NCBI GenBank assembly: GCA_053919585.1
Contig: CM132821.1
DNA length: 64,000 nucleotides
From: Euprymna scolopes
Lineage: Eukaryota
Reading direction: 5' to 3' (one strand)
Of this stretch, positions 36,058-49,352 are shown piece after piece. A program made the translations under genes and the position numbers. The first letter of the stretch is position 1, and every line of letters starts with the position of its first letter. Below the pieces are notes generated by a model. The model did no database searches and was not told the origin of the DNA. It was given only the letters and a program-made list of their open reading frames with translations.

Positions 36058-36754
36058 GACCTATTCTTCGTATATCTACGACGCCATGTTAATTTCTCAT
36101 TTTTTCAAAACATTTTGGTTATTTTGTGACGTTAAAATCAAATTTTGTCTGTTTTATTCAGTGTTAAATAAAGATCTTTATATGCAATTTAAACCCTGAT
36201 TCTTCCTCTTCAATATAGAGGAAAAGTTATGAATTAATTTGATTTTACTAGTTTAACTTGTATTTTTTGTTATGTATGTCGAAAATTAGTGTAATACCTA
36301 TTTAAATCTAATCATACTAGCCGCTCTTCAGTGTTACGAAGTGTATTTATCTTTGTTTTTGTTTGTCTTACATTTTAGGCGATTTGTAAGCTACCAGACA
36401 TGGTTTCTCAAAATTAATCCTAATTTTTTTTTTTTTTTTTTTTAATATAAATTATATTCAAATAATTTTCTTTTGAGCAATTTTATCCTTAATAATAAAT
36501 TATCCAATCAAAACACTTTGTGTCAGAGACAATTCCACAGGACAGTTTCTACATTTTTTTCTCACTTTTTCACCAGTCGGAGTTTTTGATGCCAAACTGA
36601 AGAGACAGCTATGTTCCTGTCTTTTCCCAGATGAAGACTTGACGTACATGTGGATGCAAGACTAATAATCAGAATCCATGGTGTAGTAATTTCGAACAGA
36701 CTTTTAAGGATTCGCATAGCAATCAGAGAGGTTCTAAACAGCCACAAAGAAAGA

Positions 36755-37375
36755 TGTTATAGAGATGAGAGACAACGAAATGCAGTTTCATTCCATATTA
36801 ATAAACAACTTTATTTGTTATCTTCGTTAGTAGAAGAGCAGAACAGGTTAGTAGGTTGAAGTGTTCTCGTGTAAAGATAGATTTAATATCTTGCCGGCTG
36901 GTTGAAAGAGAGAATAGTTCAGTTCTGTTTACACATGTTTATAGATAGTAGCTGTCGCTATGAAGGAAGCCAATTAAAGGGAAAAAGAAAGGGCAAAGGT
37001 ATTCAGTGTGTTGACGTGTTGTTGTGGGAGCGTGTGTGTGTGTCTGTGTATGTTCTTTAGCAGGATAAAAAATGTTCGTTTAGGAACCGCACGTGGAAAT
37101 AAATGGTAGTTAGAAGAGAGCCATTGTTAGCTTGTAGTACTCACGTTCAGCTGGGGAGGGGGTGATGTGTGCAGCTGGGCAGTGCAGCGAGAAAAAAAGT
37201 TGAGTTTCAGATTCCGCCTTTTATATACTCTGTCACGTGATTGAGAGCTGGCTTGTGATTGAACAAGCCAGGGAGAAAATGGATTTCAAATCTCGAGTCG
37301 AGAGAAGTAGCTCCTGCCTGTGATTTAGTGGGTGTCGGCTGATACAATGTTGACACTTTCTCCTGCTCCTGAACA
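36755..37375 (-). mobile_element. candidate solo LTR
   Basis: TGTT...AACA termini; minus-strand TATATAAAAGG upstream of AATAAA; flanks AAGA/AAGC; second copy at 35.2-35.65 kb. Confidence 0.5.
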
Positions 37376-37658
37376 AAGCTATCCCCGGGTTTGAATTTAA
37401 ATTAAAAATTACTGGTGTATGTAGGGGATTTTTTAAATAACTTCATACTATTAATTAATAAACCCTACAAGCAGCAAAATCCCACCCCTACAATGTAGAG
37501 ATCTCTAGATGCTGTAAAGCTTTTTCCCTCAGACTGCTGCACTTTGGAATTCCATCCTTGCCTGACGTTACTGACATGCAGAAATTTAAATGTAAGGTGA
37601 ATAAACATCTCGCTGTCCAACTCCATTAATAGTATTCCTGCAAATTTGATCCTAAATA

Positions 37659-38775
37659 TTAGGTTGGTTCAAAAATGATGTCGTTTTTTGACGTTCAACT
37701 TCAAAAGATCATAACTCCGTTCATGATAAACTTTATTAATCGAAATAAGAACCATTGGAATAGACACATATTTGCCAACGAGAAACAAGTTTATTTATCC
37801 CATTAGCATAGAAATCCGGAGTTCTGGAAGCGATAAAGTCATTGAAGGCCGATTTGGCATCATCTTGGCTTTGGAAGCATTTTTCATGCAGGAAGTTTTG
37901 AGATGCTTAAAAAAGTGATAATCAGTGGGCGAGAGGTCCGGTGCATATGGCAGATAAGGCAGTCTCGTAGCCCAAATCGTTCAGCTTCTGCAGGGTCCGT
38001 TGAGCAACATGCAGGCAAGCGTTTTCATTGAGGAGAATTGGTCCCTTCAAATTGATCAATCTCGGGTACATATGTTGGAGTTTCTGGTGCATTTTGTCAA
38101 TTTGTCGGCAGCACTTTGCCACCGTAATCATTTCGCTTGGATTCAAAAAGCTGTGATGGATGAGACCGGCCGCAAACCACCAAACAGTCACCATAACCTT
38201 TTTTTTTTTTGTGCAATTTCGGCTTTGAGAAGTGTTGTGGAGCTTCTTTGGCATACAACCGCCGTGCCGAATGTCACCAGTTGTTGTAGAGAATCCACTT
38301 CTCATCACACGTCACAATCCGTTCGAAAAATGGGTCGTTTTTGTTGCACAGAAGGAATGTAGAAGACTCAAAATTACGATATTTTTTTTCATTTTCATTC
38401 AATTCATGCGGCACCCATTTATCCAACTTTCAAAATTTCTTGAATCAACATTGTGTCACACATTCGTTAGTGGTTCCTGGACCAAATGCAGCATTGATAT
38501 CATGAGCTGTCTTGGTAGCTTTTTGTCCTAGTTTGAACTGGAACAAGAAAATCGTGTGGATTTTAAATTTTTTCCATGCTGTCGAAAAGCCTGCCAAAAA
38601 AAAAAGAATGAATGAAGAGATTGAGAACGGTAATGAATAACACGATTCGATAAAGCGAAAACTATGCTTTAAAATGATATATAACATGACTATATATATA
38701 TATCGATGAATTAATTCAGAAATTATGTATAAAAGTAACATGTGAGAAAACGATATTTTTTTTGCACTAACCTAA
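37659..38775 (-). mobile_element. mariner (cecropia/Hsmar1-like) transposon, degenerate, inserted in a LINE 3' UTR
   Basis: TA-TTAGGTTGGT.CAAAA / TTTTGCACTAACCTAA-TA TIRs; KKVMVTVWW..AGLIHHSFL, GPILL..NA, PDLSPTDYHFF. Confidence 0.9.
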
Positions 38776-39637
38776 TAGCAGCAACTCTCATTCTATCTAC
38801 GAAACCCCTATCCTCAAGTGGCCTTTTAGACCTTAATAAGCGGTAAAAAAAAAGCTTAGCCCCTAGTTGCAAGGCTTTGTAACATATTATGTTGCATGAT
38901 CATAAACAGGGGCAAGTCGAACATTAATCCAATTCGAGATGGCAAGTGACCTTCAAATATCTTCCTCATCATCTATTGTAAAATTTCTGCTCTTTCCCAT
39001 TGAAGCATAGAGTATGTGAGCACGTATGACTAAGTGGCACTGTGTTTTGTTTGGCATGAAACGTCAATATAAAAAACAATAAATAAATAAAAATTTAAGG
39101 TGATAAGTTTGAGTCAGCACATCGTTACTAAAAATAATTGTATAACTTGTGATACTACGGTCGACCTGCGGCCATTAAGGAAGGAAGTAGGAAAACAAAT
39201 ATCGTAGGAAATGGACAATGGACAGAAATTTGTTCTTAGGAGAAGTAATGGTAGATTTAAATTCAGAGTGAGACGAGTGACCGGGTCACTGAATGACTGA
39301 TAGGTATAGAACAATAGACTAAAGATCGAACAATGTGCCTGTGGGGGGATCATTACTGTGAGTCAGTGGAACAATATGGACGACAAAGCTGGACTTAATG
39401 AAAGTCGGCAAGGTTTTATGGCAGTTGTTAGTTGGGACTTCACGACAGTCAGAATTGAGAGGTCAGTTGGCCTTTGACTACAATTGGAGACAGATCATGG
39501 TTTGAGCCAGATCGGGAAAGCTTTGAATGATAGGGAAATAAACTGACAGTAACAGACGAACCCAGCCTTGACAGGACGTAGATGTGAACCATAGCATCTA
39601 GAAACGCACACCCAGAATCCAATCATAAAGGTAAAAG

Positions 39638-40752
39638 TTTTGGTCGCCCAATTTATCGGAGAGTAACCTGTGGCTTCTGTGCGTCTGTGCTTCCATGTGT
39701 CCGTGCGTCCGTTAGTCCGGACTATTGCCAGATAACCGTCGACTAGTTTTTCCTGAAATGTTGCCACAAATTGTATTTCATTAAATAGATGTGTACAGTA
39801 AAAAAAATTTTTTTTTACGAAAATTTCCGTTGTGCCCCCAGAGCTCAAAAGAGGTCAAAAATGCCCCAAATGGCTAAAAATGACACGTTTTGCCCCATAA
39901 CTTTTGATCTATCGATTAGAATTTTTTGAAACTTGGCCAAAATGTGGAGCCAATTGTTCTTAATATAAATCCAGTATGGGTGACCCTGGCAAAATTCTGG
40001 TTCACGTTCCCGGGGACTTTCAGTGCTAAAAACGTCCCTTTTTGTGGCTCTTTTTTCATATTTCTCAACAAAAACTTGATATGTCTGACTATATAGTGGT
40101 TTTTCACGGTGGTTAACTCAAATATATATGTGGTAAGGCCTGAAACTGCACCGTTATCCATTTACACTGAGATTCGGTGTCCCCAGGAACTGAAAAGAGG
40201 TAAAAAATGCCCCAAAATTACCAAAAATGACACTTTTTACCCCATGGCGTTTGATCCATCCATCAGATTTTCCTAAAACTTAGCCAAAATGTGGAGGCCA
40301 TTGTTCTTAATATAAATTCAGTATAGGTGACCCTGGCAAAATTCTAGTTCAGATCCCTCTGGGACTTTTAGGGTTAAAAAAACATGCCTTTTTGGATCTC
40401 TTTTTCATATTACTACAGAACTTGATATATATGTCGGTATAGTGGTTTTCCATAGTGCTTAATTCAAATATATATGTCTTAAGGCGTGAAACTGTACCGT
40501 TTGTCCATTTTCACTTGGATTCAGCGTTCCCAGGAGCTCAAAAGGGGTCACAAATGCCTCCAAATTGCAAAAAATGACACTTTTTACCCCATAACTTGTG
40601 CTTCATCCATTAGATCTTTTTTTTTTAACTTGCCGGAAATGTGAAGGCAACATTAGCATTTCACACTTCTCACATTCATCATTTCTTCACTATTTTTTGT
40701 GGCGTCATTTCACATGCAGCACCAAAGGGGGACCACACACGCGCGTCTTGTT
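39638..40752 (+). mobile_element. HINE/DINE-1/pearl-like Helentron-associated element carrying about 2.4 copies of a 347-bp tandem repeat
   Basis: TTTT-GGTCGCCC and GGGGGACCA sub-TIRs, GTCC/GTCT-type microsatellite, T-rich flanks; repeat starts at about 39836, 40181 and 40529. Confidence 0.7.
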
Positions 40753-41489
40753 CTTTTCGTTCTTGGATTTTGTTTTATTTTATTTTTATACTTGTGGACC
40801 CGTGCGCTCCTCATGGACGGTCGTCAATGTATAAAAGGTGATGACAACGACATGGCCAGAACAAGAATGATGAAAGATAGAGAATAAAGCCACGGCACAC
40901 AACGTTTGGGGTCGGCGACTTGTTGGTGGAGCCACATGGTGTCATACAGTTACAAAAACATAACTTTCATAAACAATTTATATTAATTGTTGGTGTGGTT
41001 TTGGAAATACCCAAAGACATTACCATCATCCAAAAATGGGACCGTTCCACACGATCAAGCATATATAAACAAACAAACATTGGTCTACGCAGTATTATTA
41101 AGTATTAAATCAAGGGAAAGAAATTGGTTTCTCTTTGAAGAATTGTAGGTGCCAAACATGAGTAGCTAAATCGAAATAACTTTTTCTTGCTATGTTGCCA
41201 AATTGTAAGACAGTCACAGCAAGCTTTCAGTCAGCCATGACGAAATATGTTGGCACTCTCTTCTGCCTTTGTCCCTGCCGATTAAAATTTGAGCAAGACT
41301 ATCTTCACTTAAAAAGAAAAGACATTCAGCAGCCAACGTTTATTGTTTTACAGTTTAATTCCTTTTCAGTACATTGTCTTAACTTCTGTCAACCGATATC
41401 GAGCGGTGTATGTCATACAAATAAATATCAATTGTTGTTTACAGGCGTTTTTTTTTTATTTTTTAAATTTTTTTACAGAGTATTATAGA

Positions 41490-41943
41490 CTAGCCTGGGT
41501 GCCAGGCATTGCCCGGGGGTTTAGAGGTGTGTGTTCAGCAAAAAAAAAAAAAATGGTAGTAGGCAGGCAGGCAGGCTCGAACCCATGACGTGAAGGCGAA
41601 AAACAAAGCGAAAGAAAATCTGACGTCTTACCTCTACTTTGTGACGCGACCGGAAGTTTGGAACATTAAAATTAGGCAAAGTCAATCCAACCAATATGAT
41701 AACTTGCAAAAATAGCTTGCAAAAAAATCGACCCCTCCTTGTAGAAAATTGCCCAGTTGAGGGTGAAGGAATTAATGTTTTAGCCAATTTTTCGATATTT
41801 GTCATCCGAGACGTTGGGCTTCAAAATGATACCAATCTCATGAAAATCCATCGCCTCTGTCGAAAGTTTTAAGCAGGCATACATACATACATACATACAT
41901 ACATACATACATTTAAACAGACAGGTGAGATTTATATTATAGA
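41490..41943 (-). mobile_element. complete non-autonomous Helitron
   Basis: Minus strand A|TC...(ATGT)n...hairpin CCCGGGCAATGCCTGG...CTAG|T. Confidence 0.8.
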
Positions 41944-42019
41944 TGGTATTATATGAAGATTAGTGATAGGACGATTCCAATATTTCTTCCAATTCCAAAA
42001 CAATTACTGATTCTGATTC

Positions 42020-42705
42020 TATCACCCTAGAAAAGATGATATGATTCCATTTCCGTTTGATGAAAACCGGTTTTCTTTTTTTGTTGCAAACTATCTACTA
42101 GTTGGCCAGTTGTGTATAAATCTCATAAGCGATAAGAGCCTTCTCTCATGTCTGAAAGTGACACAATGTTGAACAAGTGAGATCAGAGATGCGCCATTCT
42201 ATAACTCATGCTCTCTAATAATCCAAATTATGACAACAGGACCGTTGCCAGCACCTTCAAAATGCATTGCTAGATTGCCACGAATAACAGGGATGTGCCC
42301 AGTGTGATGAAAACAAAGTTTCCGGCCACGGTTATGGTCTTTGGGGTGTGGTTTTAAAAGAGCCACATCATACCACCTCACATGTTCGAAGTCAGCTTAA
42401 AAGTAAACACTAAAGTGTACCTGGATGTGCTAAAGAGTGTGGTGATTCCCTGGTGCAATTAGGTGCCCACTTGCAGACCCTGGGTGTGGCAGCAAGACTC
42501 GGTGCTGGCCCAAAAGTCCAAAGAGAACCAGATTTGGCTTGAGAAGGAGTGCTACAACTTTGTACCTTTCTCTCACTGCCCTCCTCTCCTCCTCCGATCT
42601 AAACTCACTAGACTATTGCGTTTGGTCATATGTCAAGAACATCACCAATATGACTTCTCACAACAACAAAGCCAGCCAGATTGCTGCCATCCACTGCATT
42701 TTTTT
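42020..42705 (+). mobile_element. maT (DD37D) deleted transposon, copy 3
   Basis: RPWVWQQDS...HC...S.DLNSLDY; same deletion junction as the other copies. Confidence 0.85.
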
Positions 42706-44294
42706 TTTTCCTAACTTGAGATAAGTTGTTATATCTTCCATATTTTTGTTTTAATCCCACTTCTGACACCATGCATAGTTAAGATATAGGAACATTACAT
42801 AACGAGGAATGACAACAGGACACAAGCATTTAGTTATTCATCTACGATGTACGTGAGATCTTTTATTGACTCCACCATGACAGTGCACTCCTCTCCTTCA
42901 CTCGTGGAGAGATCGGGTCAACTAACTCCGCATTAAGTTAACAATCACAAAGAAGATAAATCCTAGGAAGGTGTACATCCTAGGATTGAAGAGGACCACA
43001 TGTCATTCCAACAAAATAGTCTGCTTACAATTAAGATCTGCCTCTTTGCAAAAATGAAGCCAAAATGATATTGTTAATTGATTATAAACATATACGACCA
43101 ACCAGTTATTTTAAATGAATGGCTTGACACTAACCTTTCGAGAATTTTAACAAAATGCCAAGGGAAATAACTCTAAAATCTAATTCAACCTAATTCAACC
43201 TAATTAAAAACAAAAATATAAAAAAAATACAGAAAAATCTTTATAATGTATATACATGTCACAGAACAAAGATGTCATATTCCAAAAAATCACGTAAATT
43301 GATCAAGTAGTTTTTTTTTTTTTTTTTCAACTAAGAAAATAAAATTTTATGAGTATCTGAGAAATAACTATTTCGCCCACTATTATAAAAACATGTCACA
43401 AATTAACGGGAGATAACTCAACATAATTCATAGGTACTAGGTTCGTATTATAATGCTTACAAATTCCCATTTTATAAAAATAAAATTACTTTATCAATTG
43501 ACGTGATTTTTGACGGGTTATTTACCTGTCAAAAATCATGTCAATTGATCTAGTAGTTTTATTTTATAAAATGTGAATTTAAAGATTTTATTTGTGTGTA
43601 TTTTTTAATTAAGTGAATTTTAAATAAAAACCGGAATTAGTCCCAATGAATATTTGGCAATTTTAGATTAAGAAATTTGTAAATGAACGAATGCAACAAC
43701 AACAACAAAAAAAGTACTTTCTAAATTGATTATAGTCACTTATAGTCTTACAGTTTGTGTGAGCATTAGTTCCTATAAATCCTCCTCCTTCTCCTCCTTA
43801 TTACTAAATTCCAATTCTTTCTCATTGTGGTAAGGGCGGTCGCAACGTGGTTGATTCAGAGCTATGTCTCAAACTCTAGTTCCTGACAGATAAGTCTTGC
43901 ACCCAGCAGTATTAAGGCCACAATCTAGCTGGTGAAAATCGAGGAGGGCTTAGTATTAGGATCCGTTGTCCTCTAGTTATCTCAGCCTTTGTGTGTGGCA
44001 AGACAGGATGCATCAGGCACAGAAATGCAAACTATCAGAATAAAGGTGGCAATATTGTTCCAATGACATTCGTTTGTGTGTTCTGGGTTAAATCTTCCCT
44101 GACTTTGCATGCAATTGCTGAGCCTTGTTGATTATAGTGTTGGCGATAAAACCCTGCAATCCCACAGATGAACAGATTGCTGTGACCAACGAAGAGGACT
44201 TCATGCAAACCAGACAATCTTGAGGCACAATCTTTGTGAGCTTTATGCAGAACTCTCACCCGCTCAACAATAACAACAGCAGCAGCGACAGGAA

Positions 44295-44428
44295 GGTGAT
44301 GGTGGCTCAGTGGTTAGCGACACAAGCTGACAACCTGGGTGTGCCAAGTTCGAATCTAGTTAATTTCACAAAAATACTTTCACTTATGGATGTTGGCAAC
44401 CTTCATGTAATGTCTCTAGTAAGTAACC
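44295..44428 (+). mobile_element. short tRNA-derived SINE
   Basis: Box A TGGCTCAGTGG 44303-44313 and box B AGTTCGAATCT 44347-44357. Confidence 0.7.
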
Positions 44429-44559
44429 AATGTCTTCCTTTTTTCTTGTTTTTTTTTTTCATTCCCAAACAAAACATATTGCCACTTGGATGCAAGGAGT
44501 TATTATTTGGTACCATGTCTAACAGCGGCTTGTGGAAAGTTGAGTCGCGAGATGTCTGT

Positions 44560-45400
44560 TCACATTACATTTAAACTTCTGCATATTAATACAGTCAGGG
44601 AAACAGGGAGGGAATTCCAAAGTCTAACAATGTAATGGAAGAAACTATTAGACTAGAAGGCTTTCAGCATCTAATGACCGTAATAGTTAAGAGTGAAATT
44701 TTGGGAGTATGTACGTCAAGGAGGCACAAGTGCTATGAGTTTATCTGAGCACATTCCATTAAAGTATCCGTAAAAGAGGCACAGGATGCAACATGTCTTT
44801 CTAAAAATAATTCTAACTAGAAAGATATCGAGGAAATGAATGGCAACAATATCCATCTGATTCATATGACATGAATGAATGATGCTCAACCATAACAGAA
44901 ACAGCAGCAGCAACAGTGCTGACATGAATAACATTAATGGTAAATTAATGTATGGTTTTTTTTTGGGGGGGGGGGTTTACACAGGCATCACCACATTATC
45001 AAGGCCAAGAGGCCTCTCAAGGATAAGGGTTAAAGAGTGTACAGTAGAAATTGGACAATATTGTAATCATTAGTAATGAAAATTCGGTAAATTTGATAAC
45101 TTATATGGAACGGCTCATCAAGAACTTATTTAAATTAGACTTGAAGACAACCATATTGTAGTCAGCCGGAAAGCAGGAAAATGAAAGACAACTCCACAGG
45201 CGTGTAGTTCTAAGAAAGAAGCTTTGTTCATGGAATCTACGTTTAGGTTTAGGCACAGATAAAGAGTGGGGGGAATTATTGATAGTGTTTTTAGCTAGAC
45301 GAGTGTTTCTTGTGAAAGTTTGGCGAGGGGGGGGGGACCATAGACTGAAGCTCAGCCAAACACTTTCCATGAAAATAACGATACATCAGTGACAAACTCG
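44560..45400 (-). mobile_element. two CR1/L2-group LINE 3' fragments (44560-44795 and 44957-45400)
   Basis: YFNGMCSDKLIALVPP; PHSLSVPKPKRRFHEQSFFLRTTRLW; family 3' motif. Confidence 0.8.
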
Positions 45401-45682
45401 CAATTAAAGGATACTCTAACTTAACTTCTAAATCTGACCCCCAAGATCGCCATGGGCATGGAATATGTGCCTATATTAAAGATGTGTTTATTTCATGTGT
45501 GTGTGTTTGTGTGTGTGTATGTGTAAGCTATAATACGTGAATATATAATAATTATATTTATTTGTGGATAATTCTTACAATAAATTTTACAAGGCTAAAT
45601 TGGTTGGGGTAGGATGAGGAGTTGTGTGTCATCCTTTTGGTCTATTCTCTTAAATTAGTTTCAATCACCACAATATATATAC

Positions 45683-45715
<33 letters not shown>

Positions 45716-45717
45716 TA

Positions 45718-46297
45718 CTAGCAGTATTACCCGACCTTGGTTGTAGGGTTGATTTAATGCCATTTTTATGCTTATGAAGTGTAAGATAAAATAAATATGT
45801 AAATATATAAATTTTCAAAAAAAATCTCAATCGAAATTTATGAGAAGATTAAATGAGAAAAGAGAGAATTTTAAATAAGTGTTCGTAAATGCATAAGAAT
45901 TGTATAAGCAAAAAAAAAAAAGAAAGACAGAGAAAACATGCTGTAATGGTCGTGTGTACATGTGTGTTTGTGTGCATCTATGCGTGTATGCATCTGTGTG
46001 TGCACTGTGAAGAGTGAAGTAGTAGTACGAACAATTCCTTACAGAAATACGGTGTCAGCGTCGGTCTGGCTCGTCGCTAAGCAATGACCAGGAAAAATGG
46101 CCGGTCATTTTCATTTGTATACGTACAATAATACATAGCGATTATCAGTTGCTGACACTTGTTGGAAACATTTCGATGCAAAACCTAGCTTAAAACACTG
46201 CCAGGCACAGCAAGTATCTTTGTGTGTAATTTCATAAAAATCGATTGAGCCGTTTTTGAGTCTATAATGAACGAACTCACACACACACAGACAAAGT

Positions 46298-46337
<40 letters not shown>
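45718..46337 (-). mobile_element. non-autonomous Helitron-like element
   Basis: A|CTAG with a CCCGACC hairpin at the left; shared internal module and (TA)n at the right. Confidence 0.55.
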
Positions 46338-46359
<22 letters not shown>

Positions 46360-46499
46360 ATTTCAATTCCATCAGGTAGGATGAGGGGTTTCTACTACAA
46401 CACAGCCAGTATCTATAGCAAAACTGAAGAAAATTCTAGATGGTTAGTAAAACCTTCCCAAATCGACCAGAATAGAAATGAGCTGCTCACTATTTTAAT

Positions 46500-47900
46500 G
46501 GGTTTTTCTACCGTCGAAAACAAGTGAGTCAGTTCCTAGGTAGGGATGAAGATTATCAGGGGTGTAAAAAGAATGAGGGTTAAAAGGGAGACGTGTCTTA
46601 GGTCGGGTGCAGACAAAACAAAAATGGAGAGTGGGAGTTTCGGAGGATCTCTAATAAAAGAAAAAAGAACAGAGGTTGGAGGTTATTTATACCACTAGCT
46701 AAGAGACTTTGGGATAGAGTTTGATGAGATCATAGGTTGACACATACCATGCCGAGGCAGGGAACACATACTCAAACTTGTTAGCAATATGTATCCATTA
46801 GTGTTGGGACAATTAATTGGAATCAGAAGTGGGAATCGTAAAAAAATCGGAAATTTGGGAGTTATCGGAATTAGAAAAATTTTAACCTGATTTCTGATTC
46901 CTAAAAGGATGCTTTTCTTTTTTTTTTTCAATTGTTCTATGAATAATGATTAAATGATGAATAATTCTTGGTTTTAAACTGTCAGTAAAACTAAAATCTA
47001 TGGAGAATGATAATGAACTTAGGTAAAATTTCACACAAAAAATGTAACATTAAAAATAGCACACGTAAAAATGGCACGAGTGAATAAATAAGAAAAAAAG
47101 AGTGAATAATATCGATGAAAATTGCAAAATTAGTTCATCCAAATCATAAAGTGAAAAAATTAAGAAATTTGTCAAATTAAAAAGAAATTTATATCTACAT
47201 TTAAAAGCAGTACAACCCCCCCACACACACACGCACACGCACACAAAAAAATGAAATTCTACCTTTTTAAAGCAATTAGGCGATTTTAAACTCAAAATTG
47301 GAATCGGTAATTGTATGAGAATTGGGAACATTTTTGGAATCGTCCTACCGTTAGTATCCACCTTCTTTTGAATTGAGCAACCTCTTTCTATCTAATTTTA
47401 ACTTTAAGCTGATACTTAAAGTGCAAAATCAGATCATAATCAGAAGGTGGCTTTCCTCCTCCCTCTATATCTAAATGTGAGGTTGACACTACTAATCTAA
47501 CCATAGTTAGAATTGTGAGAAACGCCATTCCGCCTCCCTAACATCACGTTGTACACTACAAATTTTACATCTAGGGGTACCCACTGCTCAGAGACGATTC
47601 GAACCATTACCTTATTGATATACTTCCAAAACTTTTGCAGCCTGCTGCACTTGAAAAAGTGTTTATGCATTTCTTCTTGGATATCTGGGCAGTGTTCATC
47701 GCTAGAGTTAGCTTTGAAAAGTCTGCCCTTAAGGGATCGTACATCCTGAACTAATTGCCAGGTTAGAGAAAACCTCCGACCATCTTGTCATTCACTGAAC
47801 AGATCTGAAGTATTTCCCATCACTAGCTCCCAAAATAGTCTTTCTAGATGGTGTGAGATTTTTGGATCCTGGCAGCGTTCTCAGCTCAGCATTCGTTGAA
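46500..47900 (-). mobile_element. Tx1/L1-clade LINE remnant interrupted by a hAT MITE
   Basis: Minus frame 47581-47760 reads WQLVQDVRSLKGRLFKANSSDEHCPDIQEEMHKHFFKCSRLQKFWKY (zf-RVT-like); GGGAACACATACT.AAACTTG is shared with 14.2 kb. Confidence 0.65.
46799..47353. mobile_element. hAT-like MITE
   Basis: TAGTGTTGGGAC...CGTCCTACCGTTA termini; 8-bp TSD GTATCCAT/GTATCCAC; related end at 41961. Confidence 0.7.
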
Positions 47901-47930
47901 GAACTGTGATTGACCCATCAATTTACGTCG

Positions 47931-48287
47931 TCCTATTAGAAAACAAACAAAAAATAAAAATCGTCATGATGTGCGTACTTGTAATGAAACGGAAATATCA
48001 TATTCCAAAAATTACATAAATTGATCAAGTGGTTTTATTTTTATTAAAAAAAAAATCATTTTTAAGCAACTACAACTTAAATCTAGGAACTATTGCTTTT
48101 TTTAAAAACGGTTTTCAAGAAGGTGGCCAAGGCAGCCGCTCTTCAGTTACTCATAAAAGTTGATTTGCTTATTTTAAAATAAAACAACTTGATTATTTTA
48201 TATGAGTTTTGGAATATGATATTTTCGTTTCATAATGGGTACGTACATCATAAAGATTTTTCTTTAATTTTGTTTTCAATATAGGGA
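47931..48287. mobile_element. fold-back MITE
   Basis: ATGATGTGCGTAC...GAAACGGAAATATCATATTCCAAAA is inverted at 48205-48255. Confidence 0.7.
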
Positions 48288-48721
48288 GAATTCTGGATAA
48301 GAACCAGTCTTTTTTTCTTTCTTTTTCTTTTTTTTTATCTTGCAGTTTATAGTCTAGGGGGTGGGGCATGTCCCAGTTTATATTTACTGGCAGCCGAATG
48401 TTTGTTTGTTTCGTTTAAACATCCCCCCCCTTTTGTTTTCTTCTTTTTTTTTTAGGCATCATTACCATTGATTCTTATTGGCTATCGAGCGTCACTGATT
48501 AGATCACTTTTTTAAATAACAAATAAATTAAGCTGTTATTTGAATCAGTTTTTATTATTGTCCTCACTCGCTGCGAGGACTTGGTGCTGATAACGCTGGA
48601 GACAACAAGACGTATTTATATCCCAACGCAGCAAGCAATTACGATGGACATTTGAGCTGAAGTCGTTTTTAAACTTTTTACGGAGCAAAGAATTGAAGAT
48701 ATCTGATAAATAAGGTTAGTA

Positions 48722-48766
48722 CACTCTCCCTTTTTTCTCCTTCTCTCTATTTAATCGCCCCTATCG

Positions 48767-48824
<58 letters not shown>

Positions 48825-49352
48825 ACGCCTGTCTCTACTTACTCTCTTTTTAAATGCCTATATACACCCTCTCTCTCGTTTTTCTCCTCCACATTGTTCT
48901 CTTTTTAAACACACCTATTTCTCTTCCTCCCTCTTAATCTTTCTGTCTTTCTTTTTCTTTCTCTTCCCCCCCCTTTTCTTTCTTTCTCCCTCCCCTTAGT
49001 ATTTCTTTCTTTTTTTTTTCTCTCTCCCTCCGTTCTTTTTTTTCTTCTGTTCCTCTCCTTTATTTTTTCTCTCGATCTCCCTCCCTTTCTTTTCTTTCTC
49101 AGATTATTCTTTCTTTTTTTCGGTCTCTCTCCTCTTTCTTTCCCCTCACTCTTTCTTTCATTCTCTCTCTCTCTCTCTCTATCTGTCTCTCTCTCTTACT
49201 CTTTCTCCCTTACTCCCTTTCTTTATTTCTTTTTGTCTCTCTTCTTCCCCTTTTTCTTTCCTTCTTTCTTTCCTCTTTTTTCCTCTCCCCTTTCTTTCTT
49301 TCTTTCTTTCTTTCTTTCGCTTTGTCTCTCCCCTCTTTCTTCCCCCTTTCTG
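48722..49352 (+). repeat. polypyrimidine/polypurine low-complexity tract of about 630 bp with (CT)n
   Basis: The plus strand is almost entirely C/T. Confidence 0.9.

Noticed and set aside
40793-41069. Solo LTR candidate TGTGG...CCACA (40793-41049) with TATA and AATAAA
   Set aside because: There is no matching TSD and no second copy in the window.
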